Shown here piece after piece: positions 25,115 through 37,639 of a stretch of 64,000 nucleotides of DNA. Origin of the DNA: the human T2T-CHM13v2.0 reference genome, Homo sapiens; assembly GCF_009914755.1 (NCBI RefSeq), contig NC_060947.1; one strand, given 5' to 3'. The translations under genes and the position numbers were made by a program. Positions within the stretch are counted from its first letter, which is position 1, and each line of letters begins with the position of its first letter. The notes beneath the pieces were generated by a model. The model searched no databases, had not been told where the DNA came from, and was given only the letters and a program-made list of their open reading frames with translations.

Positions 25115-26525
25115 GACATCGTTTTTGAGATATATTGTTGCATGCCATGAAGTTTACCATTTTAAGTGCAGAGTTTGATGAGTTTTAGTCAATTTGTATG
25201 GCTGTACGATTGTCACAAGCATCTAGTTTTAGAATAAGTTTCATCATGTCAGAAAGTTCGTATGTGCTTGCTTGCAGTCAATATCCACTCCCACACCCAG
25301 ATCCAACCAACCATTGATCTGCTTTCTGTCTTTATAATTTTGTTTTGTCTAGAAATTTCTTATAAATGGAATAAGATAAATGTAGTCCTTTCTGTTTGGC
25401 TTCTTAGTGTATTGTTCTTGATGTTCAGTTATGTTGTTTCAACTCTCAGTAGTTTATTCCTTTTTATTGCTTAGTAGTATTCTGTTGTAGAGATGTACCA
25501 TGTTTTGTTTATCCATTCACCAGATATTGGACATTTGGATTGTTTCCAAGGATTATGAATATTATCAATAAAGTTGTTATGTACATGTGCATAGAAATCT
25601 TTGTGTGGGCATACATTTTTATATCTCTTGGGTAAATAACTAGAAATGGAATTGCTGAATCATATAGGAATGATATGTTTAATGTTTTAAGAAACTGACA
25701 GAAATACCATTCAACCCAGCAATTCCATCAGTGGGTATATAACCAAAGGAATATAAATTGTTCTACCATAAAGACACATATACACATATATTCATTGCAG
25801 CACTATTCACAATAGCAAAGACATGGAATCAATCTAGATGCCCATAAACAGACTGGATAAAGAAAACATGGTACAGATGAACCATGGAATACCATGCAGC
25901 CATACAAATGAATGAAATCATGTCATTTGCAGCAACATGGGTGCAGCTGGAGGCTGTTATCCTAAGCAAATTAATGCAGGAACAGAAAACCAAATATCTC
26001 ATGTTCTTGCTTATGAGCAGGAGCTAAACATTGAGTACACATGGACACAAATAAGGGAACAGTAGACACCGGGGCCTCCTTGAGGGTAAAGGGTGGGAAG
26101 GGAGAGAGGATTGAAAAACTATCACGTACTGTGCTCACTACCTAGGTGATGAAATAATGTGTACACCAAACCCCTGCAACACACAATTTACCCATGTAAC
26201 AAACCTATACATGTACCACCTGAACCTAAAATAAAAGTTGGAAGGAAAAAAAGGAACTGGCGAACTGTTTTCCACAGTGGCTATACCATTTTACATATTC
26301 ACCAGCTGTGTATGTGAGTTCTAGTTTCTCCATATTCTTGAGAACATTTGTTATTATCTGTCTTTATTATAGCCATTCTAGTGGGTATTAAGTGGCATTT
26401 CTTTGTGGTTTAGTTTGCATTTCCCTGATGACTAACGATGATGAGCATCTTTTCTTGTGCTTACTTACCATTCAGGTATCTTCTTTGGTTAAGTGTCTTT
26501 TGAAATCTTTTGCTCATTTCTATTT
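25115..26525 (-). mobile_element. L1MB-like 3' fragment, split by an L1PA insertion
   Basis: TTTGTTTATCCATTCACCAG...GGACATTTGGATTGTTTCC; resumes at ACTGTTTTCCACAGTGGCTATACCATTTTACAT after 26262. Confidence 0.85.
25698..26252 (+). mobile_element. 5'-truncated L1PA15/16-like 3' end
   Basis: AATACCATTCAACCCAGCAATTCC...GTAACAAACCTATACATGTACC...CCTAAAATAAAAGTTG plus A tail; degenerate TSD AAGAAACTG/AAGGAACTG. Confidence 0.9.
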
Positions 26526-26576
26526 ATTTGTTTTGCAGAATACTTTAAAGCATTACATAATTGTATCGTTTAGCGT

Positions 26577-26784
26577 CGAGTTTATCAGCCTCAGCACTAT
26601 TGACATTTTGAACATTCTTGGCTGTGAGGGCTACCCCTGCATATTGTATAATATTTAGCACTATCCCTGGCCTCTATCTAGTAGATGCCAGTAGCACAGC
26701 TCCTGTCGTGACAACCAAAGATGCCTCTAGATATTTCCAGGTGTCACCTAGGGGACAAAATTGCACCTACTTGAGAACCAATGA
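26577..26784 (-). mobile_element. MER20
   Basis: CAGCACTATTGACATTTTG...GTGACAACCAAAGATG...TTGAGAACCAATG. Confidence 0.88.
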
Positions 26785-26862
26785 TGTAACAAATTGATAT
26801 ACATTCAAAGGACTTTAAGAGCAAAGATGTGTAGTAAGAGTAGAAATTAACTTGGATATTTT

Positions 26863-27098
26863 GTTTTGTTTTATTTTATTTATTTTATCTTATTTTTTGA
26901 GACAAGGTCTCACACTGTTGCCCAGGCTGGAGGGCAATGGCGTGATAATGGCTCACTGCAACCTCAACCTCCCCAGGCTCAGGTGATCCTCCCACTTGAG
27001 CCTCCTGAATAGCTGGGACTATAATCGCACGCCACCACACCCAGCTAATTTTTGTGTTTTTTGTAGAGATGGAGTTTTGCCATGTTGCCCAGCCTGGA
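26863..27098 (-). mobile_element. 5'-truncated AluJ
   Basis: Right arm plus part of the left arm; 15-bp TSD TAACTTGGATATTTT at 26848-26862 and 27099-27113. Confidence 0.95.
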
Positions 27099-28721
27099 TA
27101 ACTTGGATATTTTAAATGAACAGAATTTAGAAAGGGGGAATTCACATTATGAAGAATTTAGAGGGGGAATTTCAGGTAAAGCATTTTCTTTTTATAATAA
27201 GTTTTGCTGCTAAAACAGTTTTCCAATGCTAGAAACTTGAGATGAGATTAGATGCTGTTTGCCTACCATCCTAACAGCACTATTTTCCTTTCTTGTCTTT
27301 ATCCACAAGTCTCTCTCAGTAAGCAGAAGAATGGCACATGTCTTTTGTGAGACATGAAGATAGGCTCTGATTTTGTGCTCTCAAGCCTAATCTTTCAGTG
27401 TGCTCCTGTTGGTACAGTTTTTATTTTTCTTTGAATTATTTTCCTATAATGAATATATATGAATAATATTACTGGGATAAAGGATTAACTTTTTAAAATG
27501 GGTTTTTAATATGTATCACCTCTTAGTTTTCCAAACTTGTGCCAGTTAGGAAATGTCCATTTCCAATTTCTACAGGCCCTGTTGTACCAAAGATAGTCTT
27601 TGAATAAACCATTTTTCTCTATGTATTGAGAAGCAGCTGCACCAGATTCTAAGCCTCTACCAGTAATAGTCTAACATTTCTTATTTCTTAAAGATCCTAT
27701 ATATGAAATAAACAATATGCTAAGTCAAAATTCCTCCACAATATAAAATCCCTATGACAGACTAAGTTTGGAAGTATAGAATGATAGGAAATGAGTTTAA
27801 AAACATAAATCTACTTGTGTGTCAAGTAAGAATGGTGCTTTATGCAATAAAACCTCCTTAAGTAAACATTTGATGGAAGGAATAAAATGTTACTTGCACG
27901 TAAATCTTTTTTATTAACAGTAAGGTTGTGTGTATAAGTGAACACTAATGTCCCCAAGGGAAGAGGAAACAGAAGGAGAGATTATAGCAAATAAGATGAG
28001 GGCAGAACTGTTTCACCATTTATCATAAATTGATCCAAAGTTGCTTAACCAAACCTGAAGGAAGATAGATGCCCATCTGGATGGGGGTTTACATAACTGA
28101 GTGAAGCTAATACTTAATAGCAACTTTCTTCAAGGGTTCTGTGTGCCTTAAAAACCTAATGTAATTCAGACATGAATAGACAGTGTTTCCTGCCCTCCTC
28201 CTTTTTTATTTCCCTAGCTTAACCGAAAATGGAACAAAGAAAAAAAATACACAGATTAGATGGAGCTAGCCAGGGATTGGGTTTTGTGGTTACAGCTCTA
28301 CTTCTTTTATACAGAGCTAGCAACATTGTAATGGGTAGAATTTTCTGGAGTAGTGTGACCTGAAGGCAATTGGCCAAGGAAGTATCTCACTCTCCCTTGA
28401 AATGAGTTTTCTAGCAATTTATAGAATTTCACAAATGTGTTCCCTTTTACAAGTGTCAATAATGAGGGATAATATAATTAAATAAGTGAAAGGAATAACA
28501 AATGAAGAATTAAACATGCTTGAGCCCAGGTGCTGTACACTGCTGGAGTTCAGAACATGTAGGGTGGAGGTATATGACGTCAGCCTGCCTGGGGTCAGAT
28601 GATAGTAGCTACCTCCTGGGACTGGCATGCGCATAAAATGAAAACGGTGCCTGGCACAAGAACCCAAGAAGTTTTAGCCATTTATTATTGTTGTGGTAGT
28701 GTTTTCTTTGTTTCTGTTTTT

Positions 28722-28929
<208 letters not shown>

Positions 28930-29129
28930 TAGGACTTCTAGGAGGATAGAATGGGGAGGGGAGAATCATTCTAAAGACAAACTTGGCTCAATGTCAAAAT
29001 CTCAGTCATCCTGAGGAGGGGCACTTAAGAGAAAAGTGGTGACTATCACTTGAATTTTTTTCTAGTTTAACTTCATAATCTGCATTTAGGTCTCAATTCC
29101 AGATAGCCAGTCCCTAAATATAAAAATCA

Positions 29130-29640
29130 AGATCGGTGACGGGTCCAAGGTTTTTTTTCCCCTTAACTTGTAAGCTAACAAGGTAGCTTGCCACAGTTTC
29201 ATGGATGTTGGCAGAAGACACGATACCTGTGTTAGAGACAAAGGACAGTTTATTATCCATAGCAAAACAGTAGCCAGAGTATCAGAATTTGTGTCAATTT
29301 CTTGAGCCCCCATTTCCACAGGGCAACATGAAGAGGCCCAGATGGATGCCAGACATGCAGTGGTTTCCACTACAGGAAAGGAACCCTGAGCCTAAAAAAC
29401 TCAAGTCTTCTATAATGGGCAGTAATCACATCTACCCTTTGCTCCAAAGGGAGGCACTATCTCTATCTTCCCAGGCTGTAAGCAAACCTGCCCTCTGCTT
29501 GGGAAGGAGGCACTATATTTTAGAATTTTATTCCCTATATCAATATTTTTAAAAAATTGGTCCAGAACAAAGTCAGTCAGGGCCTCTGCTCAGAGGATGT
29601 GTTGAAATACAAGAGACCCATGGAGAATTACCTCCCAACA
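29130..29640 (-). mobile_element. LTR40-family LTR (ERVL)
   Basis: Minus strand starts TGTTGGGAGGTAATTCTCCATGGGTCTCTTG; contains GCCACAGTTTCATGGATGTTGGCAGAAGACAC. Confidence 0.8.
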
Positions 29641-30150
29641 TAACATTTGAAAACTATGTTTACATTAGAAGATAGAGAAGTATGCAAATAAACATTGCTT
29701 TGATATTTTAAATTTTTTTATTTTTTATTTTTGATGTGACAAAATATAACACAAAAGGGAAAGCGAGTGGCTATGGCACACTGAAGACTCCAGAGCACAC
29801 GTAGCATTTTAAGGATGTTGACAGCTGGGTCTGGTGGTGATTCTGGAGGTTATGGCACTGGTGGCAGCATCAGGATGCCTGGTAGTGTATCGCCAGAACT
29901 TAGTGGAAACAGCTCTTGCATGGCCGATGGAGGCACTGAAGAAGTGCTTCCATGTATATGTGCAGACCTGAGAGGGATAAATGACAGATACTGTGGAGAG
30001 GCTAACAGGAACTAGTTGAGAGCTTTAGGAGACACTTGCTGTAGACTCCTAGAAGTAACCAGTAACAGCTCTATAAAAAACGGTGGGCCTCTAATAATTG
30101 GAGGAATTGAGATCCAACAGAATACAGGTTAGATTGAGAATGGCTTTTGT

Positions 30151-30489
<339 letters not shown>

Positions 30490-30697
30490 GCTTCTGCTAC
30501 TCCTGATTTAAAAGACTATTTCTGTGGAGTGTAGGGGTGTGTATGTGTGTGTGTGTGTACATGGAAATTTGGTAAGAAAAAATAAGCAAATGAAGTGGTG
30601 AGACCCAACCCCAACAAAATTGATTCATCTATGTCTATAAATTTTCTGTTTCTGATTCAGATTTTGTCAGTGATCTGTGATTATCAATTACCCATTG

Positions 30698-31000
30698 CAG
30701 TGCTCCCAAAGTGTGTTTTGGGGAGCCCCCAGGATGTACTTCCAGATACTCTACCAAAGAGGAAACCTTTGGCCAAATACATTTTGAAAATGCTGATTAT
30801 TATACCGTCCCTTTGGGGATTTACACTTCACAATAGCCTATGAAATACTTTTAGGGTTTCCTTGCCTTTAGGATGCTCATGAACTTGGTTTAAACTTGTC
30901 TTTCCTAAACGCACCTGAATATAGAATCCTACTTTTGTATGACATTCATAAAAATCTAAAAAACACTAATGTTTTAGAGAGCACATTGTGGAAAATGTTT
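30698..31000. mobile_element. Old hAT-Charlie MITE
   Basis: TIR-like ends CAGTGCTCCCAAAGTGTGTT and GAGCACATTGTGGAAAATG. Confidence 0.5.
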
Positions 31001-31889
31001 TATGGAAATTTTATAATATGACTGTAACAATTCAAGTGCTAATAAATAATAAAGGAAAATTTCAGACTCTTTAAGAGCTTTTCAGTGATACCCATTGCTT
31101 TACTTCTTGCTTATATTCAAGGTCAATTAGAAACTCAGCATTTTTTAACCCTGGCACTGCATTGTATTCATCACTAGTGAAAGGGTCTAGTCCACCAGAC
31201 ATGATTTAGAATTTCTGATATTGACACTGGTAGTCAATGTGATATTTTAATAAGCCACAGTTGTCATATTGAGTGGTTACAATTCTGGTGAAAGGCAAAC
31301 TTACTTGGCATTTCTTAGTTCTTGAACAGCCCTTATTGAGAATAAATTTCCAATTTTCAACATGTTTATGGAATATTAAAACTTGCTTACAAACAGCTGT
31401 TTGTGAATTCGTTGAGCATTCAGGACACAAGGTAGGTGACCATTGGATAAGAATGTCTTTTTCTTGGGCCCATGTGGAGTTTTTATTACTTTGTCATTGT
31501 TGCCAGGTAAAATATTAAGAATGTGGTTAAGAATTGGATAACAGCCTTGGTTTCCAGCTTTAGAAGCCTGTGTCAGTTGATAGGAAGATTTATTGGTGTT
31601 TTTCATTATGTTAAGTGGAAGATAAATTAGTTTTTTATCTCTTGTTTTCACAAATCATATATCAAAATTTATACGTGAAAGCTTCTCCTTTTGCAGTTAT
31701 CTCTTTAGAAAAACAAGAAGCGTGATAAGACCAAATTGTTGGAATTGGTTGGAGGTATTCTGGCAGGAATTATCATATATTCACGCTGATTTTGACATAA
31801 ATTTCACAGTGGCTAAAATTGTGATGTGAGCAAAGGTTGTTTGCTTTTTTTTCCCGAGTCATGTCATCTCTTTGTGTTTCATTATGCAT

Positions 31890-32090
31890 TCAAGTCAGGG
31901 AGATCAGGAACATTTGTGTTTCAATTCTGGATCCACTGTGGGAATTCACTTAATTATTATGAGCCACAGTTTCTTCTTTTGCAGAGAGGAATATACTTAT
32001 GTCATAGGATGTTAGATGTGTTAAATGAAATGCCAACTATGAAGGACCCAGTACAGTTCCTGGTACATAATGCATGCTCTTGACATGTTC
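31890..32090 (+). mobile_element. MIR
   Basis: TCACTTAATTATTATGAGCCACAGTTTCTTC...GTACAGTTCCTGGTACATAATG. Confidence 0.7.
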
Positions 32091-32149
32091 ACTTCTTACC
32101 CTTCCTACCCTTGCATCTCTTCCCTTCTGCACATTTGAAATTCTTACCG

Positions 32150-32860
32150 TGTTACCCTTTGACTGAGCTCCACGTAGGTCTCCCCCAGTTCCATACTCCT
32201 GCATATTTCTTTATTCCCCTTATCCTTAATTGAATGGTTTCTGTCTTTTCCATTACTCTTTTCCTTGGGTTCATCTTTGCTCTCTCCTTCTCCACTGGCC
32301 TTTCTCCCAGGCGTCCATCATAAGTTGGTCTCACCCATCTTGAAAAGATCTTAGTTCCATTATCTTCCTCCCTTGAGCTATGGACATTGGTCTCTCCTTC
32401 ACTTCTTCACTAAAATCCTGGAACATGTCTATGCCAGCTGCTTCCATTTCTTTGTTTGTTAATCCTTGTTTAATCCTCAGCATCTGCCCTACAACCTGCT
32501 GTTTCACTGTAGCACGTCTCCTGAAGGTTACCAAGAAACCATTTTGCAGTATGTATTGACCTCCTTGTCATTTTTCTAGACCTTTCTGCTGCATTTGAAT
32601 CTTTTGACCCCACCTTGGATGTGTCCTCTACCATCCACTGGCAATTCATCATCTAAGTCCTTTTGTTCACTTTATGACTACTGTTGTTCTATAGGCTCTT
32701 CCATGCCTTCTTCTTCTTGCTGCTGCCTGTTTTACCCACAGACTGTCCCTGGCCTGTTGGCTCTCACCCATGCACTGCAATTCAGTAGAATTAAATTATG
32801 TCTGCAGATGAATCTGACCAGCTGTTTTCCTCTACATTCACATCATTATCACTTGAGGAG
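32150..32860 (+). mobile_element. L2 fragment
   Basis: Pyrimidine-rich strand with AAGGTTACCAA and CTAGACCTTTCTGCTGCATTTGA (L2 RT region motif). Confidence 0.65.
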
Positions 32861-33489
32861 TGGCGCATAGGGGAAGTGATCCTTTCTAACCAGATTGGCT
32901 GTGAGTAAAGTTTTGGCGCTACTATTGCCCTCTTGACATTCAAGTTTTCAAACATGACCATGCCAGTAATCATGTACATAAGTGTATAAGGAGCTGGACA
33001 CTGGCAAACTGAGACCAAATTGATAGAGACTGCCTTTGGGCACATAAGCAGGAGGCATGGCAATATTGTCACAGTGTCTCCATCATGTTTTTGAGCCAAA
33101 TCAAAAATAATGAGTCTTGGAAGTCAGATGTAGCCATCCCATCGCCCACCCATTGTATGTCACACATAGCAAATTGAACCTTTCTCAGTCAAGGTTTGGA
33201 GGGCCTCAATGTCTGAAAAAGAGGACTAGCATGTATAGTGATACCAGGTGGTAGGAGGTATGGTTCCAAAGGGGCTGGCTGGCCCCAGGGAGAGGCCTGC
33301 ATGGTGAGTGATTGAACTCAGGACATAAACCAAAGAGTTTTTCTTCCCTATTTGCATTTGTTATTTAAATGAAATTTCTAGTTACTTCTAGTCTGCATAG
33401 AGCTAGAGCTATTGATTCAAAGAACTTTACCAACACATCACCCTCCCGTCTATTTTTTTCTAGACCTAACTACAAAGCACTATTAAAAA

Positions 33490-33653
33490 TACATATATAT
33501 TATATATAATAATATATACTATATATATACTATATATACTATATATATTACTATATTACTATATATACTATATATAGTAATATAGTATATATAGTAAATA
33601 TATAGTAATATATATAGTATATATAATATATAGTATATATAGTATATATATAG

Positions 33654-33700
<47 letters not shown>

Positions 33701-33720
33701 TATATATATATATATATATA
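33490..33720. repeat. Complex (TA)n AT-rich repeat (expanded Alu tail)
   Basis: ~230 bp of TA with TAC/TAG variants, abutting the 3' end of an Alu. Confidence 0.95.
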
Positions 33721-33860
33721 GTCTCATTCTGTTGCCCAGGCTGGAGTGCAGTGGTATGGTCACGGCTCACTGCAGACTCGACCTGCCGGGCCCAAGCAAT
33801 CCTCCTGCCTCAGCCTCCAAAAATGCTAGGATTATGGGCATGAGCCACCACACCCAGGCC
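33721..33860 (-). mobile_element. Hybrid Alu monomer
   Basis: Right-arm 3' part (GGCTCACTGCAG) joined to a left-arm 5' part (CCAAAAATGCTAGGATTATGGGCATGAGCCACC). Confidence 0.85.
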
Positions 33861-33884
33861 CCAAATAAATATTTTGTATACAGA

Positions 33885-34075
33885 GAGTATAGTGGGTAAA
33901 TTCAGGCCCTGAAGTCAGCTTGAGTCTCAATCTGAGCACTTTTACTTGATGTAGAGCTTTGAGCAAGTTGATTAATTTAGTGTCAGCCTCCTCATTGTAA
34001 AAGGATTAAATGAAGCAATACTTATAAAGCAGTTAACACATGGCTTGGCTAGTCCGCCAGTAGTAGGTTTCCTCT
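33885..34075 (+). mobile_element. MIR
   Basis: CTTTGAGCAAGTTGATTAA...CTCATTGTAAAAGGATTAAATGA...TAAAGCAGTTAACACATGGCTTGGC. Confidence 0.65.
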
Positions 34076-34199
34076 TAGCTTAGTAGTTCCTTTATTCCAA
34101 CAAAGCATTGATGAACAGCCTGCCAGGATCAAGCTTACACATAAGGCCCCCATGTGGCCCACTTCTAAACATCTAAGCCCTTACAACCAAAAGTTAAAT

Positions 34200-34410
34200 G
34201 ATTAGTAGTTGCCAGACACTCACTTGCACGGAAGACTCACTTCGAGGAACTTTACAAAAAATACAGATTTCCTGGCCCTACCCAGATTTGCTGGATAAGA
34301 ACTTTCTGGGAGAAGGAGGCATGGAGGGAATACTGCGATTCTGTGTGTTATTGAAGCCTCCAAGGGCCTAGGTGATTATTTTGTGCAGCTGGTATTTTCA
34401 CCACAAATAT
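34200..34410 (+). mobile_element. MER5-like MITE
   Basis: AAAAATACAGATTTCCTGGCCCTACCCAGA...CTAGGTGATTATT. Confidence 0.55.
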
Positions 34411-34858
34411 GAACCAATAGATGAGATTTAAAAACTCCATTACTTCCCACTTCATGAGTCCTATTCTAGTTTCTTATTCTTGAATAGAGAAGAGAAGCAC
34501 TGTTTAACTGGGGTGAATGTCTTTATAATGGCCATTCTAAGTGCAAACATTTGTGTATTCTGTTGGGTGTTTCCATACCAGCTCCCTATTTAAAATTAAT
34601 GCTTGAGCACTGTATGAGTGCTCCAAATCAGGGCACTGTTAAGAGTGAAAAGGAGGCTATTAATAATTACTCTGGAAGAGAAGACATAAATGAGGGCCGT
34701 CCCAAGCAAAACGGACTGTATGGTCACCTGTAAGAACCTGGCCTAAGTCAAAGTAGGAGAGAGAGAAAAGTGGGAGAGGTCACATGGGAGTAGAAGGTTT
34801 GCCACGTTTTGTCTTCTGTTTCTCTCTCCTCCTTCTCCCCGATGCTTTACTTAGTACT

Positions 34859-35227
34859 TGTATTAGTCTGTTCTCATGCTGCTGTAAGGATATACCCAAG
34901 ACTGGGTAATTTATATAGGAAAGAGGTTTAATTGACTCACAGTTCCACAGGGCTGGGGAGGCCTCAGGAAACTTACAATCATAGCAGAAGGGGAAGCGAA
35001 CACGTCCTTCACAAGGTGGCAGGAGAGAGAAGAATGAGAGCTGAGTGAAGGGGGAAGCCCTTGTAAAACCATTAGATCTCGTGAGAACTTACTATCTCGA
35101 GAACAGCATGGGGGAAGCTGCCCCCATGATTCAATTACCTCCACTGGGTCCCTCCCACAACACGTGGAAATTATGGGAACTACGATTCAAGATGAGATTT
35201 GGGTGGGGACACAGACAAACCATGTCA
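34859..35227 (-). mobile_element. THE1 (THE1C/D-like) solo LTR
   Basis: TGTATTAGTCTGTTCTCATGCTGCT...CAAGATGAGATTTGGGTGGGGACACAG...CATGTCA; 5-bp TSD GTACT/GTCCT. Confidence 0.95.
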
Positions 35228-35379
35228 GTCCTCAGTAGAACATACTGGTCTCACCTAGAGAGATTAGATTGGCAAAACCAGTATTGGGTGGGGTTGGAGT
35301 AGGGAGGGGTCAATTTTTCAATGATCTGAGAACTAAATTGTGCTGTATGTGCAGCCTTTCAATTAAATCTGGACACAAC

Positions 35380-35580
35380 AATTTATTAAACGACCAGAGG
35401 TAGCAGTATTTATACTTACGCACCATATAATCAGCGATGAGCTGGGCTCTGAGACACAAGGACAAATAAGAGATTCCTTGCCTTCAGGGAGCTAACAGTA
35501 TAGTAGGAGTTATAGGCAAGTGCACAGGCCATTCAAACACTGAGTGAGGAGAAGTAAGTACAGGATTCTTTCAGGAAGAA
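35380..35580 (-). mobile_element. L2 fragment
   Basis: AAATAAGAGATTCCTTGCCTTCAGGGAGCTAACAGTATAGT. Confidence 0.55.
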
Positions 35581-35885
35581 GTAATCCAAAAACCTATGTT
35601 GTACAACTTTTGGTGGCCCATTTTTACTTTTCAAATATAGTTTATAGTCCTAAATTCTATGTTGCCTTACCCAGTACTAAAGACATAAATGCTTTAATCC
35701 CCAAATTCTAAATCCTCCCACTCTACGCTCTTGTTCCTTGCTCACAAATCCAATTTTCCAAAGCCATTAATGCTGGGTGAAGATCGTTTTAAACAATTGA
35801 CATGAGGATGTGACCCTCCCAGGGTGTATTTTAAATTCAAATATGAGGTACCTTACCCAAAAGAATGTCAAAATAGTATATTTGT

Positions 35886-36078
35886 AAGGTCAGATTTATC
35901 AAATAAAAATATAGAATGCCAAGTTAAATTTGGACTTCAGTTAAACAATGAATATTTTGCTTTTAGTATAAGTATGTCCCATGCAATATTGGGGACATAC
36001 TTATACTGAAAATTATTCATTGTTTATCTGAAATTTAAATGTTTAAGTAGAAGTCCTACATTTTATCTGGCAACCCTA
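35886..36078. mobile_element. MER53 palindromic MITE
   Basis: Central palindrome AGTATAAGTATGTCCC / GGGACATACTTATACT; ends TTTTATCTGGCAACCCT. Confidence 0.9.
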
Positions 36079-36621
36079 TATGTTTGGGGGAGCTCAGTTT
36101 GAATCAATATCTTTCTGGAACTCTTTTATTAGGTCTTATTTTTTATAACCTTAGCCTGAACCATGTTACACCATGAGATTACTTCCTTTTGTTCTTTCAA
36201 AAAGCATTGACTAAACCTGCTGTATATCAAGGATATACAGAGGTCACTGTGACTAGAGTGCATAGTAAAGTTGCTGAGTGGTCATTGCAGGCCCAAATGT
36301 GTGCAGTGGGTAGGAAGTCACTATAAGCTGTGTGGTTTCACTGAAGCTTCGGTGGAAGACAGTCAGTGGCTGGAGAGTTGGGTGGAGTGAGCTGGGGATC
36401 AGAGGGACATTTGGAAATGGAGGCAGACAACCATGGGCCATGTAAACAAGGCAGGGAAGCTTGGTGAAGGCAGGACTTGGCTTTCTTCCTTTTGTGTTCC
36501 CAGGGATCTTACAATAGTCTTTGTACATGGGAGCTGTTCAAATATTTGGTGAATTAAGTTGCCTCCTCCAAGGGGATATCTTCTGCCATTTCCTTCTGCG
36601 TCATCTGCCAGAGAATGAATG

Positions 36622-36658
<37 letters not shown>

Positions 36659-36667
36659 TAATTTATT
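36622..36667. repeat. (TTTA)n microsatellite
   Basis: Direct reading. Confidence 0.9.
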
Positions 36668-36669
36668 TC

Positions 36670-37085
36670 CTCTCTGGCTGCTGCACACGAAGTGCTTTCC
36701 TTCTTCAGTTTGCAAGTGGCCTATGGGGTTTGGCAAGATAACCAGCACGAGCAAAAATGGACTGGTAAGCTGTGTGGCCAGCCAAGCTAGGCAGAGGGCT
36801 TCCTTTTCACTTTAGGGCAGAGTGCAAGGGGAGGTGTGTGTGTGTGCATGCGCACAACCAGTCAAGCTCTACAGAGGATGTTCTTTCAATGTTATATTTT
36901 AATGTAATGTTAATGGTCTAATGTTATGGCAGAGAGAGAAAGAGAGAGAGAGTGTGTGTATGTGTGTGTGTTGTGAGAGTGATAAAGAAGGGAGTGGGAG
37001 CACTGTGCTAAGGATAGATTGTTTTGTTGGCACTTTACAGCATAAATCTTTTATTAGAACCTCCAAAGTACAGATTAATTTAAAA
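36670..37085 (+). promoter_or_regulatory. Candidate alternative promoter / 5'UTR
   Basis: TE-free block with (GT)n at 36835-36847 and (GA)n(GT)n at 36930-36970, leading to AAAATGA and a strong splice donor. Confidence 0.4.
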
Positions 37086-37108
37086 ATGAGCCAGAGTCAA
37101 CCCTGGAG
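37086..37108 (+). CDS. Candidate first coding exon segment (MSQSQPW + phase-2 AG)
   Basis: ATG with -3 A (AAAATGA), donor GAG|GTAAGA at 37108/37109; in frame with the exon at 56591-56642. Could instead be a uORF in a 5'UTR exon. Confidence 0.4.
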
Positions 37109-37639
37109 GTAAGAAATGAGCCAAGACCAGTGATGCAGCAGGTCGTTGAACATTTGCCATGGCTTGAGCAGAGAGGTGCACTAATGCCACATAAAGATGA
37201 TTATACTGAGCAGCACTCTTGGGTTTCTCCTACTGCACTTTGTGACAACTTTGATTTGCAGCCTCCAGGAATGATGCCAACCACCTCCAGGGGTGTTGAG
37301 AAATATCTAAAACAAAATTAAAAATAAATTCACTTTCATTTAAAATGCAATTATATTCTATATAACACTTTTAGGAGCAGTGGGACTGGGTGTTAGAAGA
37401 TCAGGGAAAGCAATGGGGCAGCAATGTTATGAATTGCAAAATTGGAAAAGAAGAAAACATGCTAACAACTTGTGAAGGATTGGACACTGCTGGGGAGAAG
37501 ACAGAGATCAGGAGTGAAAACAGCCTCTAAATTTAGCTTTAAAACTTTTGGGGATTCATCTTTTTTCTTGTACTGTCAGCAGCAGAATGATCTGCCCTTG
37601 TGGTATCTCATTTTGAGCGTTTGTTTATTTGTTTGCTTA

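Noticed and set aside
29815-30015. Gly/Ser-rich 66-aa ORF (GSGGDSGGYGTGGS)
   Set aside because: No recognisable family, splice sites or retrocopy hallmarks; length is compatible with chance
33519-33843. Tyr/Ile-rich ORFs
   Set aside because: Translations of the (TA)n array
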